NCBI GenBank assembly: GCA_965198005.1 | Contig: CBDAOI010000003.1 | Location: 672,001-736,000, forward strand | From: Spirochaetia bacterium | GTDB taxonomy: Bacteria; Spirochaetota; Spirochaetia; SZUA-6; Bin103 | Length of the DNA stretch: 64,000 nucleotides | Reading direction: 5' to 3' | Notes under the pieces: model-generated | The model's database searches: none | Told to the model about the DNA's origin: nothing | Seen by the model: the letters and a program-made list of their open reading frames with translations, nothing else | Shown here: piece after piece, positions 40,929-52,347 of the stretch | How the letters are laid out: the number at the start of each line of letters is the position of its first letter | Position numbering within the stretch: the first letter of the stretch is position 1 | Position numbers and translations under genes: made by a program

Positions 40929-41100
40929 TTATCTAACGGTTACGGAATCAGCCACAACGGTGGTGGGCTCCGGGATTGGATCCCCGGTTTCACGCATGAA
41001 CTGCAGGTGTGCCACAATGGCGTCAGTCATGTTGCGCTTGGTTTCCTCAATGGTCATACCCGTGGCGATGCATCCCGGCAAGTCAGGAGCGTATCTCATA
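40929..41100 (-). pseudogene. HicB-like antitoxin, 5'-truncated
   Basis: YAPDLPGCIATGMTIEETKRNM...GDPIPEP. Confidence 0.8.
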
Positions 41101-41254
41101 CCGGTAATATAGTCCAAAGACTACAGCAATCGACGGATTGAGCGCCAACCGCGACGAACTCTCCACCACGCTGGCGATGGGCGTCACCATCGATCACGTC
41201 TTCTCAATGACGGTGCCCGTTGCACCACGCACTGAAGGCAAACAGTCTGATCGG

Positions 41255-41530
41255 CGGCGTGGCCAGCCCGAAGATGGCGACGCTGCGTCCGACATAATCG
41301 CCCAGGGTGCCCTGGCGCACCGCCGAGTAGATGCCGACCGGCAGCGCGATTACCAGGCCGATGAGCAGCGCCGCCGCCCCCAGCTCCAGCGTGACCGGCA
41401 CTCTGGCGAGGATCTCGGTCCTGAAACGGACGCCGTCCGCGCCGCGTGGGTATCCGGCCTCGTCGAGCAGTCGCTCGGCACCTTCAGGGTCGTAGACCCA
41501 GTACTGCTTGATCTCCTCAATGTAGTAAGC
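41255..41530 (-). pseudogene. Chimeric SBP/OppB fragment
   Basis: YDPEGAERLL...FRTEIL joined to ARVPVTLELG via agatcct microhomology. Confidence 0.8.
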
Positions 41531-41708
41531 CACGTGGTTTACTCACGGCTATACGATACCTGACAACAACAGCTCTCGTCGTCCCCGGTTGGAAGAAGCT
41601 GACGCACCGCCTTGGCGGGGGTGATCAAGGGGCCGGCATCGCTTATGACACGAGCCACGGAGAGATACCGCCGGTTTCGTTGCTCGTGGTTTGGCGCCCC
41701 CGTGTCGG

Positions 41709-42671
41709 TCAGTTGCGCGACGAGCGCGCCCGCACCGCTCGCCTGAGCGCCTTGCCCCCCTGGGCACCCATGCGTCCCACCCCGCCGCGCAGGCGGGGGT
41801 CGAGCAGGTCGCGCACCGCGTCGCCGAACATGTTGTAGCTGTACACCACGATGGTCAGGAAGATGCCGGGCCACATGGCCAGCCACGGCGCCACCAGCAT
41901 GTACTGGCGCCCCTCGCGGCTCAGCAGCCCTCCCCAGCTCGGAACGCTCACCGGCAGCCCGAAGCCCAGAAAGCTCAAGCTGGCTTCGGTGATGATGACC
42001 GTACCGATGGTGATGCTGAAGATGATGATGATGGGCGCCATCACGTTGGGCAGCACGTGGCGCAGCACCGTGTGCCAAAGCGAGCTGCCCACCGCCTGTG
42101 CGGCCTGGAAGTAGGCGTTCTCCTTCACCCCGATCACCGCGCCCCGGACCACACGCGAGTTGCCGATCCCGAAGGCCAGACCCAGCACGATGATGACCTG
42201 CAGCGCACCGGTACCCAGAATCGACATGACCGTCATGAGTAGAAGCAGTCCCGGAAAGGCCATCCAGGCATCGACGAATCTCTGCGTCACCAGGTCGAGC
42301 CGGCCACCGACGAACCCCGACAGCCCGCCGACGACGGTGGCCACCACCACCGCCACCGCGGTTGCCGCGAAGCCGACCAGCAGCGACACTCGCGCGCCGT
42401 AGATGTTGCGGCTCAGGAAGTCGCGTCCCACATGATCGGTGCCCAACAAATGCTCGGCCGAGGAGCCCTGCAGTCGCCGGGTCACCTCCTGGCGCTGCTC
42501 GGGGTCCGGTGCCAGAAACTCGGCGAAGATGCCCACCAGCACGAACAGCACGATGATGACGGCGCCGAGCAGGCCCAACGGCTTCTCCCGTACCAGGCGG
42601 TAAAAGAAGTCCGCAAGAGGGCCGCGCCGGCGTCCCGCTTCTGTGCCGACGGGATCAGCGATTTTGCTCAC
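41709..42671 (-). CDS. OppC permease (cassette 4)
   Basis: Close paralogue of 29771-30733. Confidence 0.95.
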   Translation of the reverse strand: MSKIADPVGTEAGRRRGPLADFFYRLVREKPLGLLGAVIIVLFVLVGIFAEFLAPDPEQRQEVTRRLQGSSAEHLLGTDHVGRDFLSRNIYGARVSLLVGFAATAVAVVVATVVGGLSGFVGGRLDLVTQRFVDAWMAFPGLLLLMTVMSILGTGALQVIIVLGLAFGIGNSRVVRGAVIGVKENAYFQAAQAVGSSLWHTVLRHVLPNVMAPIIIIFSITIGTVIITEASLSFLGFGLPVSVPSWGGLLSREGRQYMLVAPWLAMWPGIFLTIVVYSYNMFGDAVRDLLDPRLRGGVGRMGAQGGKALRRAVRARSSRN

Positions 42672-43395
42672 TGGTAGCGAATCCTCGGGTCCGGATAGGC
42701 ATACAGCAGGTCGATCAGCAGGTTGTTGAACAGGACGTCCGCACGTAGTCCTGCCGCAGCACCTCCAGCATCATGGTACGCGTCATCCGCATGGTGACGG
42801 CGGACAGGTAGGTGCCGAGGATGAGGCCGGGGATGATGAACATGCCGATGTGGGCCAGCGCATCCTCGCTGACGGGAAGCAGTCGGAGCGGTGGCGCCCA
42901 GCCCCACCAGGCGCCGGGAAAGATGAGGACCATGAGAGCCAGCCAGAAGTTGGGAGTGGCCAGCCCGAAGATGGCAACGCTGCGCCCGAGATAATCGCCC
43001 AGGGTGTCCTGGCGCAACGCCGAGCAGATGCCGACCGGCAGCGCGATCAGCAGGCCGATGCTCAGCGCCGCCGCTCCCAGCTCCAGGGTGACAGGCACTC
43101 TGCCAAGGATCTTCTCCTCCACGGGTGTGTGGCCGCGGAGCAGGGACTGACCCAGCGTTCCGCGCAGCAGGATGCCCGACATCCAGCGCACGTACTGGAT
43201 GTGCGCTGGCACGTCCAGCCCCATGATCTCGCGCAGCCGCTCCATGTCGATCTCGACCGCGGCGAACTCTTGGCGATGCGCCAGGAGGTCGGCGGCGTCG
43301 CCGGGCAGCAGGCGCACGGAAAAGAACACCAGCATGCTCAGGATGAACAGCGAGGGGATGAACAGCAGCAGGCGTCGAATGACGTACGTACGCAT
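42668..43395 (-). pseudogene. OppB permease with internal deletion (cassette 4)
   Basis: QDYVRT jumps to LFNNLLIDLL at ~42737. Confidence 0.85.
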
Positions 43396-43401
43396 GGAAA
43401 C

Positions 43402-43436
43402 AGAAAGGTCTGGGGCCGCTCAGGCGGCCCCAGACC
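43402..43436 (-). terminator. Hairpin + U between SBP and oppB
   Basis: ggtctggggccgc-ctga-gcggccccagacc-tttc; homologous to 28772. Confidence 0.65.
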
Positions 43437-43449
43437 CAAAGGCAGGGAG

Positions 43450-44850
43450 CTAGTTGTATTCGGCCTTGGTCTGACTATCGATCCACAGTCGCGACCAGGC
43501 CTGGGTCCATCCGCAGTTACCGACACCCTGCTCACCGTTGTAGCCGACGACCCACGGCTGGCTAACGACGAAAGAGGGTACCCGCGGACCCCAGATGTAG
43601 GAGTGCTGCTCGATCGCGTACATATCGAGCGCCTTGGCGATGCGTCGCTGCTCGTCACCAGTGGCAGCGTTCAACTCATCGAACATGGCGTGATACTTCG
43701 GATCGACGATACCGCCGGGGAAGGCAGAGTTCTGGCGTAGACTCTGGAACACGTCGAAGAGAGACGAGTGATCAGCGCCAGCGGTTTGTGGCCACAATCC
43801 TTCGTATCCTTCTGAGATCCGCGCGTTGTAGGCCGCTGCGTCGACCGTTTTGATCTCGGCCTCCACGCCGATCTCCTTCCAGTAGCCGGCGATGAGCTCC
43901 CGGTAGCCGACGTCATGCGAGGGTCTGAGCAGGATCTCGGTCCTGAAACGGACTCCGTCCGCGCCGCGAGCGTATCCGGCTTCATCGAGCAACCGCTCGG
44001 CACCTTCGCGGTCGTAGGACCAGAGCTTCTGCAGCTCCCGAGGCCAGGTATCGAACGGGTTGGAGACGCCAAAGGGGGCCCACGCCGGCCCTGCCAGCCC
44101 CCACGGCTGCCACTCGCCGAAGCCGGAGAAGTAGCTGTCGTTGACCTCCTCCAGGTCGATCGCCATCTGCAGCGCGTGACGCACCCGAACATCGTCCCAC
44201 GGCGCCAGATCCTGTTTCATCGCAAAAACCTGCGTGGATCGAGCCACGAGCGGCCATAGTGCCAACTCTGGGTTGCGCTCCTTGAGATCCTTCAGGGTGT
44301 CGATCCCGTTGATCTGCGCAACACCAATCTGTGTGATATCACCCTGACGCGAGCGCAGCGCCGCGACCCTGGTGGCCTCATCGGCCGTCATCAGCAACAC
44401 GAGCCGGTCGACGTAGGGTTGGCGGTTCCCCGGGAACTTCTCGTCGTCCTTCCAGTAATCAGGGTTCTTGTCCAACGTCATCGAGACGCCGCTGACGTAC
44501 TCGTCGATGATGAAGGGCCCGGTGCCGATGACGTTACCGGGGTCGTCGAGCATGTCGAAGGTCTCCGGCGGGTACGCCCGGACCAGGCAGTCCTGAAACA
44601 TCGTAAAATGGGTGGTCGGAAACGGCTCCGACAGCTTGATCTCCATCGTCAGCTTGTCGGTGGCCGTTACCGACTCGAAAGGAATAGCGCCGGTCGTAAA
44701 CGTGAGCGCCGAGGGCCCCTTGTCGGCAAACTCACCGAGGCTTTTCAGTCGCCGGTAGTTCGCGGCCATGTCTTCGGCGGTGAACTGGCGACCGTTCACC
44801 GGCGGCTTGTCGTGGAAGAACACGTCGTCGCGGAAGTGGTAGATGTAGTA
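43450..44850 (-). pseudogene. Family-5 SBP, 5'-truncated (cassette 4)
   Basis: Begins at YIYHFRDDVFFHDKPP; no signal peptide. Confidence 0.85.
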
Positions 44851-44950
44851 CGGTATGCGGATATCGAGAGAGAGCTGCGAGCGTTGGACTCGCATCCGCT
44901 GCCACCGGCGAAGCTTTTCTCGACGCTACCAAGCACCCTGCGCAGTGGTC

Positions 44951-45006
44951 AACGAACTGAACGAACTGAACGAACTGCGCCTTCCGCGCCGGGTCTGTGC
45001 TACTAT
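44951..45006 (+). promoter_or_regulatory. (aacgaactg)x3 repeats and extended -10 TGcTACTAT before ATG 45016
   Basis: Direct reading; -10 ends 9 nt before ATG, no SD. Confidence 0.45.
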
Positions 45007-45015
45007 GCTGCGCTG

Positions 45016-47838
45016 ATGCAGATCGCCGTGGCCGCATCACGTCCCTTTCTCGCCAGCGTCGCCGCTAAACGCCGCGTCGTCGGCGTCGTCCTGCTGCTCG
45101 TCATCCTCGTGCCATTCGCGGCGCTGAACCGGCTCCCCAAGCTGGATACGGTACGCGAGGACCTCGGCGCCGCGCTCGCCCCCACCGCGCAGTGTTTTCA
45201 GGGGTTCTGCATCGAGGACCCCGACAGCGCGAGCGAACGGACCGGTTTCTTCGGCCGTTGGTGGCGATTCTCGGTGACCTACCTGCAGCTGGTTGCCATC
45301 GGGATGTTGTTTGCCTTTGCGGCCGCCGCCATTGCCGAGGCGTTCCTGGTCGCCGACGTGTCGGTGGGTGCAGGCCTCGCTACCGCCGACGTTCGCCCCG
45401 GGCGCTGGCGGCGCATCCTGAAGGGCATCGGTCTGGGCCCGGTGCTCAACTTGTGTTCGGCATGCATCGCTCCGGTGTCCAGCACGCTCCGGCGCGGCGG
45501 AATGGGAGTCGAGGGCGCCCTCGCGCTGGTGCACGGATCGGCCACGCTCAACGTGCCCTCACTGCTGATGATCGCCGTGGTCTTCACCCCCCTCCTCGGT
45601 GCGAGCCGGCTCACTCTGGGGCTGTTCGCGGCGCTTTCGCTGGGGCCCCTGGTCGCCTGGGCGACCCGCCGACGAGGCGAGGGTGGCGCGGGTGGCGCGA
45701 GTGTCGACGACGGCGCGAGCACCGAGGTCGCGTGCGAGGTACCGGTCGCGGTAACGGTAGCGGCGACTGCGACGTGGTCGGAGGTGCTGCGGACCGGCGG
45801 CGCGAAATGGCTGCGCTCGTTCGCGCGCCTGGTGCGGCGCATGTTACCGCTCATGATCGTGGCCGGCTTCGCCAGCGGCGCGGCCATCCAGGCGCTGCAG
45901 CCCGAGACCGTTACCGCCTACCTCGGCGACACCGTCCTAGGGGTCGTCATCGCCTCGACGCTCGGCGTTCTGATCAACGTACCGTTGCTGTTCGAGATCC
46001 CGCTGGTCGCGCTCCTGTTGCTGCTCGGCGCCGGCACCGCGCCGGCTGCAGCCCTGCTGTTCGCCGCCGCCGCCGGGGGGCCGGTTACCTTCCTCACGCT
46101 TGCCAAGGCGCTCGGTCGTCGCGGCGTCGCCGTCTACGCGGGCGGCACCTGGGCTATCGCCGTACTCGGCGGTGGCGCGGTGCTGCTGGTGGGGGCACTG
46201 CTTGGGCCCCAGCGGACGGCGCTGCGACTCGACGGTGGTGCAGCTACCGACCGCGCCAGCGTTGGCGCCGTGCCCAACTCCATCGTGCGCCACGTGTGCC
46301 AGCGAGCGGCGCTCTGCCCCGACCGGAGCGGCCTTCGTTGGCCGCACACCCCGACCGTCCATGGGCACTCCGTGGTGAGTGCCGGTGGCGCGGTCGGCGA
46401 CTTCGACCGCGACGGTTGGCAAGACCTGTTCGTGCCGTCGGGCGGCACCACGCCCGACCGGCTGTACATGAACAACGGCGACGGCACCTTCACCGATCGC
46501 GCCGCCGAGGCCGGAATTGCGGCCCGACATCACGGCTACGGGGCGGCCGTGGGCGACGTGGACAGCGACGGCTGGCTCGATATCTTCGTCATCAGCTATG
46601 GCACCGTAGACCAGCGCTTCACCATGCCCGGCAACCACCGGCTCTACCGCAACAACGGCGACGGCACGTTCACCGACATCGCCGCCCGGGCGGGGGTGGC
46701 TACCACCAGCCTCAAGCAGCCGACCGGCACCGGGGCCAGCTTTGGCGACTACGACCTCGACGGCGACCTGGACCTGGCCATTGCCTCGTGGTTCTACGGC
46801 GAGGGCGGCAACGCGCTGTTCCGCAACAACGGTGACGGGACGTTCGAGAACGTGACGTCACTGCTGCCATTCCAGGGCAACCGCGCCCCGATGGGGTATA
46901 CGCCGCTGTTCGCCGACATGGATGGCGACCGCTATCCCGAGCTGCTGTGGGCCGGCGACTACTTCACCAGCCGCTACCTGCGCAACGATGGTGGTCGCGG
47001 CTTCACCGACATCACCGCGCAATCCCAGACCGGGCTGGACGCCAACGGCATGGGCGCAACGGCAGCCGATCTCGACAACGACGGCAGGCTCGACTGGTTC
47101 GTCACCTCGGTGAGCACGCGGTTTGCGATCGAGAAAGCGCCGGGTACCGGGAACTTCCTGTATCGCAACCAGGGCGACCATCTCTACGAGTCGGTCGGCG
47201 CCAGCGCGGGGGTCGAGGAGGGCGGCTGGGGATGGGGTGCCGTGGCGGTGGATCTGGACCACGACGGCTGGCTCGACCTGGTGCAGACCAACGGCTGGGA
47301 GGGGCACAACAGCCGGGGCGATGCAGAGTGGCAGTCCGAGACCACCAGGGTGTTCCGCAACCTCACTGCCGCCTCAGCGGCGCTGGCCTTCGCCGACGTC
47401 GCCGAACAAGCGGGCCTGGTCCACCGCGAGCAGGGCCGAGGGCTGGTCCATCTCGACTATGACAACGACGGCGACCAGGACCTCGTCATCTTCAACAACG
47501 GCGGGCTACCCACGTTGGTGCGCAACGAGCTAAACCCCGGCAGCGACGGCAGCGACGGCAGCGAGCGCTGGCTGCGCGTGTTTCTGGATACGGCAGCGCG
47601 TGCGGACTTGGCGCCTGACGGTTTCGGCACATTGGTGGCCGTGCGCACCGGCGATACGCGTCAGGTGCGCTACATCGGCGCAGCGGCCGGCTACCTCGGT
47701 CCGTCGGAGCTGTCCGCCCACTTCGGTCTGGGCGCCGCGCCGGTAGTGGACGAGTTGCAGGTGCACTGGGCCGACGGCAGCACCTCCACCTTCCACCAGG
47801 TGCCCACCAACCGCACCCTCACGATCACAGCGCGCTAG
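45016..47838 (+). CDS. DUF318/ArsP-like permease fused to FG-GAP/CRTAC1 beta-propeller + ASPIC/UnbV domain
   Basis: Multi-TM N-half with LCSACIAP and PLLFEIP; repeated DxDxDGxxD and NNGDGTF; C-terminal SELSAHFGLG...VHWADG. Confidence 0.85.
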   Translation: MQIAVAASRPFLASVAAKRRVVGVVLLLVILVPFAALNRLPKLDTVREDLGAALAPTAQCFQGFCIEDPDSASERTGFFGRWWRFSVTYLQLVAIGMLFAFAAAAIAEAFLVADVSVGAGLATADVRPGRWRRILKGIGLGPVLNLCSACIAPVSSTLRRGGMGVEGALALVHGSATLNVPSLLMIAVVFTPLLGASRLTLGLFAALSLGPLVAWATRRRGEGGAGGASVDDGASTEVACEVPVAVTVAATATWSEVLRTGGAKWLRSFARLVRRMLPLMIVAGFASGAAIQALQPETVTAYLGDTVLGVVIASTLGVLINVPLLFEIPLVALLLLLGAGTAPAAALLFAAAAGGPVTFLTLAKALGRRGVAVYAGGTWAIAVLGGGAVLLVGALLGPQRTALRLDGGAATDRASVGAVPNSIVRHVCQRAALCPDRSGLRWPHTPTVHGHSVVSAGGAVGDFDRDGWQDLFVPSGGTTPDRLYMNNGDGTFTDRAAEAGIAARHHGYGAAVGDVDSDGWLDIFVISYGTVDQRFTMPGNHRLYRNNGDGTFTDIAARAGVATTSLKQPTGTGASFGDYDLDGDLDLAIASWFYGEGGNALFRNNGDGTFENVTSLLPFQGNRAPMGYTPLFADMDGDRYPELLWAGDYFTSRYLRNDGGRGFTDITAQSQTGLDANGMGATAADLDNDGRLDWFVTSVSTRFAIEKAPGTGNFLYRNQGDHLYESVGASAGVEEGGWGWGAVAVDLDHDGWLDLVQTNGWEGHNSRGDAEWQSETTRVFRNLTAASAALAFADVAEQAGLVHREQGRGLVHLDYDNDGDQDLVIFNNGGLPTLVRNELNPGSDGSDGSERWLRVFLDTAARADLAPDGFGTLVAVRTGDTRQVRYIGAAAGYLGPSELSAHFGLGAAPVVDELQVHWADGSTSTFHQVPTNRTLTITAR

Positions 47839-47918
47839 GCTAGACCCGATCACGCTGCAGAACTTCTCCATCGTCGCAAGCCGGTGCCAGACTTATGAGT
47901 TATTGGTAAAATGGCTAC

Positions 47919-48125
47919 ATGAAGACCACGCTGGAGCTACCCGACGAGCTGATGCGCGAGCTGAAGGTTCGTGCCGCCATCGAGGGAAAGAAGCTGAGGG
48001 AAGTGGTGGCAGAGGCTCTCAGAGTGCGGCTGCTTTCGACGAGCCACGTGCATCCGGAATCGAGACGCGTCAGTGTGAAGACAGATCCCACAACCACACT
48101 TCCGGTGGTGGCTGCGGTTACAGAT
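47919..48125 (+). pseudogene. RHH/CopG-like VapB antitoxin, 3' end lost
   Basis: MKTTLELPDELMRELKVRAA...LREVVAEALR. Confidence 0.7.
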
Positions 48126-48147
48126 TCGCTAGCTGGGCGAAGCCGAG

Positions 48148-49078
48148 CTACGCCTGCTTCTTCACCGGCTCGCGGCCGAGGCGCCCCCCGCCACCCCGCA
48201 GCCGCGGGTCGAGCAGGTCCCTGATCGCATCGCCGAACATGTTCAGGCTAGTAGACCAGCACGGTAAGGAAGATGCCGGGCCAGAACGCCAGCCACGGCG
48301 CCTGCTCCATGTACTCGCGCCCTTCGCGGCTCAGCATCCCACCCCAGCTGGGAACCTCCAGTGGCAGACCGAAGCCGAGAAAGCTCAGCGAGGCCTCACT
48401 GATGATTACCGCACCGATGTTGATACTGAAGACGATGATCACCGGCGCGACGATGTTGGGCACGACGTGGCGAATCAACGTCATCCCCCTCGATGACCCA
48501 ATCGCCTCGGCCGCCTGAAAGTAGACATTCTCCTTGATGGCGATGACGGCGCTGCGGACCACCCTCGAGCCGCCGATGCCGCCGGTTACGCCGAGGACCA
48601 CGATGGTCTGCACCAGCCCCTGCCCGACGATGGACATGATGGTCAACAGGATCAGCAGTCCGGGTATCGACACCCAGGCATCGACGAATCGTTGGGTCGC
48701 CAGGTCGACCTTACCGCCAACGAATCCGGAGGCACCGCCGATCACCAGGGCGACCACGACGTTGAGGGCGGTCGCGGCCAGGCCAACGGTCAGCGAAACA
48801 CGCGCGCCGTAAATCAGGCGGGTCAGCAGGTCGCGTCCGACATGATCGGTGCCGAGCAGAAAGCGCGCCGAGGGGCCGCTGAGCCGATCGGCCAGGCTCA
48901 TCTCCAGCATTCCGTAGGGAGCCAGCACGTCGGCGAAGATGGCGGTCAGAACGAACAGCACGATGATGATCCCACTGGCGGTTCCCAGGGGTTTCTCCTT
49001 CCACAGCCGAGCGAAGAAGTAGGCGGCGCCGGTGCGGGTCTTCGGCTCGCTCACCGCGGTGGTCTGTCTGTCACTCAT
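48148..49078 (-). pseudogene. OppC permease (cassette 5) with 1-nt insertion near 3' end
   Basis: Nearly identical to 61644-62573; aggctagtag vs aggcagtac. Confidence 0.85.
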
Positions 49079-50027
49079 AGCGGATTCTCGGATCGAGGAA
49101 CCCGTACGTCAGGTCGATGAGCACGTTCCCCACCACGACGAAGCTGCCAAACAGCAGGTTGATTCCCGAGACCACTGTGTAGTCTCGGTCTTCGAGAGCA
49201 TTCAGCATCAGACGACCCAGCCCAGGCAGATTGAAGATGTTCTCCATGATGACCGAGCCGCCCACCAGGATGGGCAGCTGCAAGCCCACCAGCGTAATCA
49301 CCGGGATGATGGCGTTCTTGACCGCGTGCCGCACGACCACCGCCCGCTCCTTCAGACCCTTGGACCAGGCGGTGCGGACATAGTCCTGCCGCAGCACCTC
49401 CAGCATCATGGTGCGTGTCATCCGCATGGTGGCCGCGGCCATCGCCGTTCCCAGGATGGCGCCGGGAATGATGAACATCCCCAGGTTCCCCAGCGGGTCG
49501 GCGCTGAACCGGATGAGGCGCATCGGTGGTGACCAGCCCCACCAGATTGCCGGGTAGAGCATGACCATCACCGCCAGCCAGAAGTTGGGCGTTGCCAGGC
49601 CGATGACGGCAACCGAGCGTCCCACGTAGTCGGCGGCGGTATCCTGGCGGATCGCCGAGTAGATGCCCACCGGCAGGGCGATCAGCAGCCCGATCACCAG
49701 CGCCGTCACGCCGAGCTGAATCGTCACCGGCAACCTACCCGCTATCTTCTCGTTTACGGAGAAGCGGCCGAGCAGGGATTGACCCAGGCTCCCGTGCAGC
49801 ACGATGTCGCCCAGCCAGCGCGCGTACTGCACGGGAATGGGCTGGTCCAAGCCGAGCTTGCGCTCGAGAGCTTCGCGGTCGATCTCGCCGGCGGTGAAGG
49901 CGTACTCTTCCTGCATGGCGTCGATGACATCGCCGGGGATGAACCGGACCAGCAGAAAGACGATCATGCTCAGGATCAGGAGCGTGGGGACGATCAGCAG
50001 CACCCTTCTGATGACGTACGCTCTCAT
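49071..50027 (-). CDS. OppB permease (cassette 5)
   Basis: Family motifs; one residue differs from 62566-63522. Confidence 0.95.
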   Translation of the reverse strand: MRAYVIRRVLLIVPTLLILSMIVFLLVRFIPGDVIDAMQEEYAFTAGEIDREALERKLGLDQPIPVQYARWLGDIVLHGSLGQSLLGRFSVNEKIAGRLPVTIQLGVTALVIGLLIALPVGIYSAIRQDTAADYVGRSVAVIGLATPNFWLAVMVMLYPAIWWGWSPPMRLIRFSADPLGNLGMFIIPGAILGTAMAAATMRMTRTMMLEVLRQDYVRTAWSKGLKERAVVVRHAVKNAIIPVITLVGLQLPILVGGSVIMENIFNLPGLGRLMLNALEDRDYTVVSGINLLFGSFVVVGNVLIDLTYGFLDPRIRYE

Positions 50028-50131
50028 GGCAGATACCTGGCTGTTATCACGCGGCGTGCGGAGATGAGAGGGGAGCCGGGATAGCGCCCGACTCCCCTCT
50101 AGGAGGTCACGATTGACTAGCGATAGCTGAG

Positions 50132-51904
50132 CTAGCCGCCCATTTCCCTCTTCAGCGCCTGATCGATCCAGAGACGGGCGTAGACGGCGTTCTTGTTCCA
50201 GACCCCCATGTAGAAGTCACCGTCGAAGCCCTGCAGCCACGGCTGGGTGACGTTGAACCATGGATTCAGGCCTCCCCACATGAAGATGTGGTTCTTGACG
50301 AGCCAGTAATCGGCCTCTCTCGCGAGCCGCTGATGTTCCTCCGCGGTGGCAGCCACTTTCAGTTGCTCGATCAGTGCGTCGTACTCCGGGTCACTGAGTC
50401 CTGGGACGTTGTTCGGGTGGCCCGACGACGTGGCGTTCAGAATTACCAGAGGGCGATACGGAGTGCCCTGACTCCAGTTGCCGATGCCGTCATACTCGCC
50501 CTTGCCACCCCCGAAGCTGGCCTGGAACGTAGGCCAATCCTGTTGCCGGATCTCGACCTGGACCCCGATCTCGGCAAGGTAGCCCTGGACGATCTCACGA
50601 TGCCCGATGCTCTGGGGGTTGGTGATCATGTCGCTGATCGTGAATCGGATGCCGTCGGCGCCGCGCGGATACCCGGCCTCGTCGAGGAGCTTCTCGGCAG
50701 CTTCCGGGTCGTACCGGTAGTACTGCCTGACCTCCTCGGGCCACTCAGCAAACGGAATCGCAAATCCGGTGGCGGGATTTATCGTCCCCATGGGTTCGGG
50801 CCGCATCCAACCCTTGTAGTAGGTAGTGTTGATGGTTTCGAGGTCGACCGCCATCTGTATTGCGTGGCGCACGCGGATGTCGTCGAAGGGTGGCTTGGTC
50901 ACGTTGAAGGCAGCGCTCTCCCCCGCCCGAAAATAGTACGGGTTCACCCTCAGCTCGGGGTTGCTCCGCTGCAGGCTGTCGATCGGGTCCACCGTCTGAA
51001 AGTGTCCCCGGCCGTTGTGAGCAAGGTAGTCGATCTGGCCGGTACGCATGGCCGAGATGCGTGTCGCTTGGTCTGGCATGATCAGTCTGACCAGCTCGTC
51101 GATGTAGGGCAGGCGGTTCTCGGGGTACTTCTCGTCGTGGCCCCAGTAGTCGGGATTCTTGACCCAGGTGATGGCGCTGCCGTCGACCCAGTCCGTCAAC
51201 ATGAAGGGACCGGTACCGACCAAGTTCCTCCAGTCGGCGACGTCGCCGTGCTGCTCGATCACCTCGGGCGCGTTTACGAACCCCATACTGTCCTCGATCA
51301 GCACCAACAGCGCATCGAGGGGTGGATCGACCAGCTTGACCTCGACCGTGTATCTGTCGGTGGCGGTGACCGATTCCCATGACATCCCGGGGTATCGGGT
51401 GTTCTTGTCGCTGGTGCGCCAGCGCGCGATGTTGTACACCACGTCGTCGGCCGTCAGCTCGCGACCGTTCATCGGTGCCTTGTCGTGCCAGCGAACGCCC
51501 TGCCGGATGTGGAAGATATAGGTCGAAGGGTCGGGGATGTCCCAGCTTTCGGCCAGAGCGCCGATAAACTGGTCCTCGAGCAGGTACTCGTTGGCGAGAT
51601 TGTTCACGCTCCGATCGATGCCCCAGTTGGCGATGCTGAGCTTCTCGACCACGCCGCTGGCGGCAGCTCCTGCCCCGATATCACCGACCATCGCGTCGGA
51701 GTTCGGAGGCTCCGACGAGGAGCCGTACGTCAGCGTCCCACCATACTCCGGTGCCGTGTACACCTTGCCGTTGGTGGGGTCGGTGACGTACTTCTTGTCG
51801 GCCGCGGCTGCCGCGCCGGCGCTATCGCTTTCGCCGGCGGCGAACGAAACGGTGGCCGCCAGCGCGAACGCCAGTGCCATCGATACGAATCTGGAAAAAA
51901 CCAT
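50132..51904 (-). CDS. Family-5 SBP (cassette 5)
   Basis: GGAGG SD, signal MVFSRF...SFAAGESD, KYVTDPTNG, GTGPF. Confidence 0.95.
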   Translation of the reverse strand: MVFSRFVSMALAFALAATVSFAAGESDSAGAAAAADKKYVTDPTNGKVYTAPEYGGTLTYGSSSEPPNSDAMVGDIGAGAAASGVVEKLSIANWGIDRSVNNLANEYLLEDQFIGALAESWDIPDPSTYIFHIRQGVRWHDKAPMNGRELTADDVVYNIARWRTSDKNTRYPGMSWESVTATDRYTVEVKLVDPPLDALLVLIEDSMGFVNAPEVIEQHGDVADWRNLVGTGPFMLTDWVDGSAITWVKNPDYWGHDEKYPENRLPYIDELVRLIMPDQATRISAMRTGQIDYLAHNGRGHFQTVDPIDSLQRSNPELRVNPYYFRAGESAAFNVTKPPFDDIRVRHAIQMAVDLETINTTYYKGWMRPEPMGTINPATGFAIPFAEWPEEVRQYYRYDPEAAEKLLDEAGYPRGADGIRFTISDMITNPQSIGHREIVQGYLAEIGVQVEIRQQDWPTFQASFGGGKGEYDGIGNWSQGTPYRPLVILNATSSGHPNNVPGLSDPEYDALIEQLKVAATAEEHQRLAREADYWLVKNHIFMWGGLNPWFNVTQPWLQGFDGDFYMGVWNKNAVYARLWIDQALKREMGG

Positions 51905-52347
51905 ACTGGTTCCTCCGCTCGGGTCGCCACGGGGCGACCCACTTGTGCGCTTGTTGCCGGCAACGCCGGCCGGTGTGGCTGGTGGATGGGGGAGATGCGG
52001 GGGGCTGGCCGAGGTGCTCGACCGGTGGATGTACGGACGCGTGTCCGCTGCCGTCCCGCGGATCGATGGTGCCGCGGTCAGCATCGCTGCCGAGCTGTCG
52101 GAACGGCGGGGCTAGGGGGGCTAGGGTGAGCGGTGAGCGGTGCTGGTCCCGCGACGCATCATGTCATCATACTCTCATACTCGCCACGATTGTGCAAGAG
52201 GAGAGGCAGTAATTCTACGACCCGATTACTCCAGGGCGGGTAGCGGTACCGGGGCGCCGGTGTCGAGGCTGCGATAGATCGCCGCCGCCGCTATCGGCCC
52301 CCGGCTGTCCGCCGCACCGTCGCACCGCCACCAACCGGCGCAGCATT

